From an uncultured Gammaproteobacteria bacterium (GTDB taxonomy: Bacteria; Patescibacteriota; Microgenomatia; Levybacterales; GWA1-39-11): a DNA stretch of 64,000 nucleotides. This document shows, in pieces, positions 60,046 through 64,000 of this stretch; the first letter of the stretch is position 1; every line of letters begins with the position of its first letter. The DNA is taken from the NCBI GenBank assembly GCA_964641355.1, contig CAZXND010000001.1, positions 11,869 to 75,868 of the forward strand, in the 5' to 3' direction. The position numbers and the translations under genes are program-made. The notes below the pieces were generated by a model, which saw nothing but the letters and a program-made list of their open reading frames with translations, searched no databases and was not told where the DNA came from.

Positions 60046-61044
60046 ATGCAAATTGAACTTTTCCTCTTTTTACTAACTACACTTGGAATAATCCTATTGT
60101 TTATATTCATTAATAAAAAACTCTCAGAGATGAGTAAAAAAAACAACACCAATGAAACCCTATTAGAATGGCTCAAAAGTATGCAACAAAGCATGGATAC
60201 TAACAATAAAAATATTAATTCAACTCTAGTATCTCACTCGAAGGCCCTTAACGATAGATTAGATAATGCAGCAAGAGTCATTTCATCCGTTCAAAAAAAC
60301 ATAGGTGAAATGTCAGAAATTGGACGTGGAATGAGAGATTTACAAGAATTCCTAAGAAGTCCCAAGCTCAGAGGAAATATAGGAGAGCAAGTTTTAAAAG
60401 AACTACTGGGACAACTGCTACCAAAAAACTCCTTTCATCTTCAGTACACGTTTAAAAGTGGGTCAATTGTAGACGCTGTTATAAAAACAGAGGCAGGAAT
60501 CATTCCGATTGATTCCAAGTTCCCTATGGAAAATTTTAGAAAACTTAACAACGCAAAAAGTGAAAGTGAAAAGAAGATTATAGAAAAAGAATTTGAAACA
60601 GATGTTAAAAGACACATCGATTCCATTTCTAAAAAATATATTTTAACTAACGAAGGAACTATTGACTATGCTCTAATGTACATACCGTCAGAATCAATCT
60701 ACTACGAAATTATTAATAATCCCTCTCTTTTTGACCACTCGTCGATAAAACGCGTTCTACCAGTTTCTCCTATGACTTTTTATGCATATCTAAGAGCAAT
60801 ACTTATGGGTTTTGAGGGACAAAAAATAAGCAAAAAAGCGCATGAAATTTTATCAGCTTTAAGATCCATACAGAAAGAGTATGATAAGCTTGGCGATACA
60901 ATAGATACACTAAATAAACATGTAAATAATTCCTACAACACCATGAATCAAGTAACAAGTAATTTTACGAAACTCGGAAGACAGATCAAGACCACAAACG
61001 AGATCGAGAAAGAACAAGATTCATTATTGGAAAAAGCAAATTAA
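60046..61044 (+). CDS. rmuC: DNA recombination protein RmuC
   Basis: N-terminal TM plus coiled coil; VDAVIKTEAGIIPIDSKFP RmuC core. Confidence 0.75.
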   Translation: MQIELFLFLLTTLGIILLFIFINKKLSEMSKKNNTNETLLEWLKSMQQSMDTNNKNINSTLVSHSKALNDRLDNAARVISSVQKNIGEMSEIGRGMRDLQEFLRSPKLRGNIGEQVLKELLGQLLPKNSFHLQYTFKSGSIVDAVIKTEAGIIPIDSKFPMENFRKLNNAKSESEKKIIEKEFETDVKRHIDSISKKYILTNEGTIDYALMYIPSESIYYEIINNPSLFDHSSIKRVLPVSPMTFYAYLRAILMGFEGQKISKKAHEILSALRSIQKEYDKLGDTIDTLNKHVNNSYNTMNQVTSNFTKLGRQIKTTNEIEKEQDSLLEKAN

Positions 61045-61785
61045 TCAATATCCAGTAAAAATCTCGAACATAATATTATCTCTTTTAACACCCAACTTCT
61101 CTACTATCTTAATCAAAGATAATACCATTGACTCAGGACCTGAAATGTAATATCTCGAATTATTTAAATCTTTGACATACTTTTTAATCATGTTTTCATT
61201 TATCCTACCGAATTCGCCGTTCCAACTTACGGCCTGCAAATTTTCTGTAATCGTAGGTATATAATGAAAAGAATCAAAATTGCTTCTTATCTTTTCCATC
61301 TCTTCTAAATAGATAATTTCTTCAACCTCCTTAACTGAGTTAAATAAAAAAAACTTGTTCTTAAGTCCTTTATCAAAAATATATTTAATCATGCTTCTAA
61401 AAGGCGTGACACCTATCCCTCCCGCAATAAAAACATTAGAAATATCTTCTCGTTTCAAAATAAAATTTCCGTAAGGGCCACCAAATTTTATTTTAGATCC
61501 GGGACTAAGCTCTAATAAGGCTAACTTGAAAGAACTTTTGATTATTTTCGTGGTAATAAAAAGAATATTCTTTTCTGTAGGAGAAGAGGCGATGGAAAAA
61601 AATCTTGCAGAACCTCTTTCATCAGGATCATTTATATCTAAAAACATTCTAACATATTGTCCTGGAAAAAAATTTAGATCAATATTAGTTTTGTCAAAAA
61701 AGAAAGAATAACAATTACCAGATTCCTGTCTTTTTTTAATAAATTCCAACTCGAAAAACTGAGACATATAAATATTATATCTCAA
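61045..61785 (-). CDS. Ferredoxin-NADP reductase-like FAD/NAD(P)-binding oxidoreductase
   Basis: RFFSIASSP (FAD-binding) and FIAGGIGVTPFRSMI (NAD-binding) motifs. Confidence 0.75.
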   Translation of the reverse strand: MRYNIYMSQFFELEFIKKRQESGNCYSFFFDKTNIDLNFFPGQYVRMFLDINDPDERGSARFFSIASSPTEKNILFITTKIIKSSFKLALLELSPGSKIKFGGPYGNFILKREDISNVFIAGGIGVTPFRSMIKYIFDKGLKNKFFLFNSVKEVEEIIYLEEMEKIRSNFDSFHYIPTITENLQAVSWNGEFGRINENMIKKYVKDLNNSRYYISGPESMVLSLIKIVEKLGVKRDNIMFEIFTGY

Positions 61786-61833
61786 AACCTTGAATTGAGA
61801 TCAGTATTATGATACTTTGATATATGAAGGGAG

Positions 61834-62247
61834 GTGATTCTTTTGAATAAATTAATCATAGCTTCAACAATCATAATTTTACTTGTCGGAGGATTTGTTC
61901 TTTTTAAAGATACCTTCACCAAAACAAGGAATAATACAAACTCTGTTCAAACAGTAACAAATAATAAAACCCAGGAAAAAATAGTTACAGTAAAACTCAA
62001 CAAATCGGGCTTCAACCCTTCGAATATTGAAGCCTCGATTGGAACTAGAGTAATTTTCCTAAATCAAAGTGGAAATCTAGCAACAGTAAATTCTGATGAC
62101 CATCCTACTCACATAAAATTTCCCATTCTAAACTTAGGTGAATTTGGAAACGAATCAAGCGTACAAGTAGTTTTTGATAAAGCTGGAACCTACAACTATC
62201 ATAACCATCTTAATCCTAGCCAAAAAGGGACTATTATTATAAAATAG
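61834..62247 (+). CDS. Membrane-anchored cupredoxin-like domain protein lacking canonical Cu ligands (likely TTG start at about 61843)
   Basis: N-terminal TM; C-terminal GTYNYHNHLNPSQKGTIIIK resembles a cupredoxin beta-sandwich but has no Cys. Confidence 0.4.
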   Translation: MILLNKLIIASTIIILLVGGFVLFKDTFTKTRNNTNSVQTVTNNKTQEKIVTVKLNKSGFNPSNIEASIGTRVIFLNQSGNLATVNSDDHPTHIKFPILNLGEFGNESSVQVVFDKAGTYNYHNHLNPSQKGTIIIK

Positions 62248-62278
62248 TTTTCAAATCTTAAAAAAGGAGGTGATTCGT

Positions 62279-62443
62279 ATGTGTTATAACTGTGGATGTG
62301 GAATCTCTAACGATGATATGGGAGATCCTAAAAACATAACTGATAAGACTTTCAATGATGCAGCTGAAACATTTGGACAAACTCCTGAGGAAGCAAAAAG
62401 AGAAACTTTAAAACTCCTTAAAAAGGTCTTAGGTGAAGAGTAA
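62279..62443 (+). CDS. Small Cys-containing protein, 54 aa (MCYNCGCG...); not in the ORF track
   Basis: AAAGGAGGTGATTCGT-ATG RBS; CxxCxC at the N-terminus; acidic C-terminus ...LGEE. Confidence 0.55.
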   Translation: MCYNCGCGISNDDMGDPKNITDKTFNDAAETFGQTPEEAKRETLKLLKKVLGEE

Positions 62444-62492
62444 TTGATTATTACACTTATAACTTTGTGATAAAATAATCGCTACCTCTTTT

Positions 62493-64000
62493 ATGAATAA
62501 AGTACTTACAAAGAATCAAAAAGAAGCTGTCGAACATGGAGAAGGACCACTATTAATAATAGCAGGTGCTGGTACTGGAAAGACAACGGTCATCACGGAA
62601 AGAATTAAGCACCTAATATTAAAAAAAAATATTAAACCGAATGAGATTCTTGCTCTAACTTTTACCGAAAAGGCTTCAAATGAAATGCAAGAAAGAATAG
62701 ATAGAACTCTTCCTTACGGGTATACCCAAATGTGGATATCAACATTTCACTCCTTCTGCGAAATGATTTTAAAAGACGAAGCGATAAATATTGGTTTAAA
62801 CCAAAATTTCAAACTATTAAATGAAACTCAAAGCATAGTACTTTTCAAGAAAAACATTTTTAAATTAAACCTTTCATACTTTCGCCCTCTTGGAAATCCT
62901 AACAAATTTATAGAAGCGTTAATTCAGCACTTCTCAAGGTTAAAAGATGAAGACATAACCCCAGAAGAATATTTATCCTTTGCTAAAAAGATGGAGGAAG
63001 GAGAAGAAAAGGAAAAGATTTTAGAACTTGCAAATGTATACGGTCAATATGAAAGTTTAAAAATAAATGAAGGTGCTATGGATTTTTCTGATCTAATATC
63101 AAATACACTACTCCTTTTTAGAAAACGTTCAGGCGTTTTAAATAAGTATCGTGATTTATTTAAATTTATATTAATAGATGAATTTCAAGATACAAATTAT
63201 GCTCAAAATGAATTAGCAATTCTTTTATCAGGAAACCAAAAAAATATTACGGTTGTTGCAGATGATGACCAAGCAATTTATAGATGGCGCGGAGCTGCTC
63301 TATCAAATGTTATTCAATTTAAAAAAAATTTTCCAGGTACAAAAATTGTTACATTGATAGATAATTTTAGATCCACCCAGGAAATTTTAGACAGGTCTTA
63401 TGATTTGATTCAAAATAACAATCCGGATCGACTTGAAGTTCTTGAAAAAATTGATAAAAAATTAAAATCAGTAAAAAAGAAAAAGGGAAAAAGAATTGAG
63501 TTTATTAATACAATCAGAGTTGAAGAAGAGACAGAAAAGATTGCAAAAAAAATAAAAGAACTAGTGGAAAAAGAAGGCTATAAATATAATGAAATTGCAA
63601 TTCTAATTAGAGCTAACAATCACTCTCAAGCCATAACGTCTTCCCTACAGAGATTTAATATTCCCTATCAATTTCTTGGACCAGGACAACTTTTCCAGCA
63701 AGAAGAGATAAAGGACCTAATTGCTTATCTTAAAGTATTAACCAATCTACATGATTCTATTTCTTTATTTAGAATACTTAATATGGATATTTTCGGAATT
63801 TCTCCCAAAGAATTAAATTATACATTATCGTTTGCTAAAAGAAAGAATATGAGCCTATATGAAGCCATTAATATTGCACAGGAAACATATCTACAAGAAG
63901 ACACCAAAAAAAAGTTTCAAGAAATATACCAGATGATTGAAAAACATCTGGGAAAAATAAAAAATGAAAGTGCGGGACAGATTATCTATGATTTTCTGGT
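62493..64000 (+). CDS. pcrA: UvrD/PcrA-family ATP-dependent DNA helicase (5' partial, runs off the window)
   Basis: GPLLIIAGAGTGKTTVITERI Walker A; LALTFTEKASNEM; TVVADDDQAIYRWRGA motifs. Confidence 0.85.
   Translation, partial: MNKVLTKNQKEAVEHGEGPLLIIAGAGTGKTTVITERIKHLILKKNIKPNEILALTFTEKASNEMQERIDRTLPYGYTQMWISTFHSFCEMILKDEAINIGLNQNFKLLNETQSIVLFKKNIFKLNLSYFRPLGNPNKFIEALIQHFSRLKDEDITPEEYLSFAKKMEEGEEKEKILELANVYGQYESLKINEGAMDFSDLISNTLLLFRKRSGVLNKYRDLFKFILIDEFQDTNYAQNELAILLSGNQKNITVVADDDQAIYRWRGAALSNVIQFKKNFPGTKIVTLIDNFRSTQEILDRSYDLIQNNNPDRLEVLEKIDKKLKSVKKKKGKRIEFINTIRVEEETEKIAKKIKELVEKEGYKYNEIAILIRANNHSQAITSSLQRFNIPYQFLGPGQLFQQEEIKDLIAYLKVLTNLHDSISLFRILNMDIFGISPKELNYTLSFAKRKNMSLYEAINIAQETYLQEDTKKKFQEIYQMIEKHLGKIKNESAGQIIYDFL

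Noticed and set aside
1-64000. CRISPR arrays, insertion sequences, integrases, rRNA or tRNA genes
   Set aside because: No direct-repeat arrays, no transposase/integrase-like ORFs, and no intergenic segment with a tRNA cloverleaf or rRNA-like conservation was found.

Overview
The window is low-GC and gene-dense, with most genes on the minus strand. Its content looks like a reduced Candidate Phyla Radiation (Patescibacteria)-type genome with a Gram-positive-like envelope: many housekeeping genes, lysine/isoleucine-rich proteins, GGAGG-type ribosome-binding sites (RBS), and frequent overlapping stop/start codons. Housekeeping content includes Sec translocation (secA, secD, secF), cell division (ftsE, ftsX and a coupled coiled-coil hydrolase) and tRNA t6A biosynthesis (tsaE, tsaC, a short tsaB, and a separate tsaD). 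It also has five aminoacyl-tRNA synthetases (Asx, Ser, and two LysRS of opposite classes). A 10-gene run (12996-22654) encodes nucleotide-sugar and envelope-glycosylation enzymes. The most unusual feature is a compositionally distinct, GC-richer segment of about 4.8 kb (about 45069-49822). It encodes an aspartokinase core lacking ACT domains, an unknown 207-aa protein translationally coupled to a full-length class II LysRS, and a 469-aa ATP-grasp enzyme. This segment sits directly beside the native-looking class I LysRS operon (M20 deacylase-lysK-rdgB-serS) and is bracketed by tandem intrinsic terminators. Other points: a tiny poly-basic upstream ORF plus intrinsic terminator in the secA leader, two unannotated small Cys-containing proteins, and a Pro/Thr-rich surface protein. 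No rRNA, tRNA, CRISPR array or mobile element could be supported.
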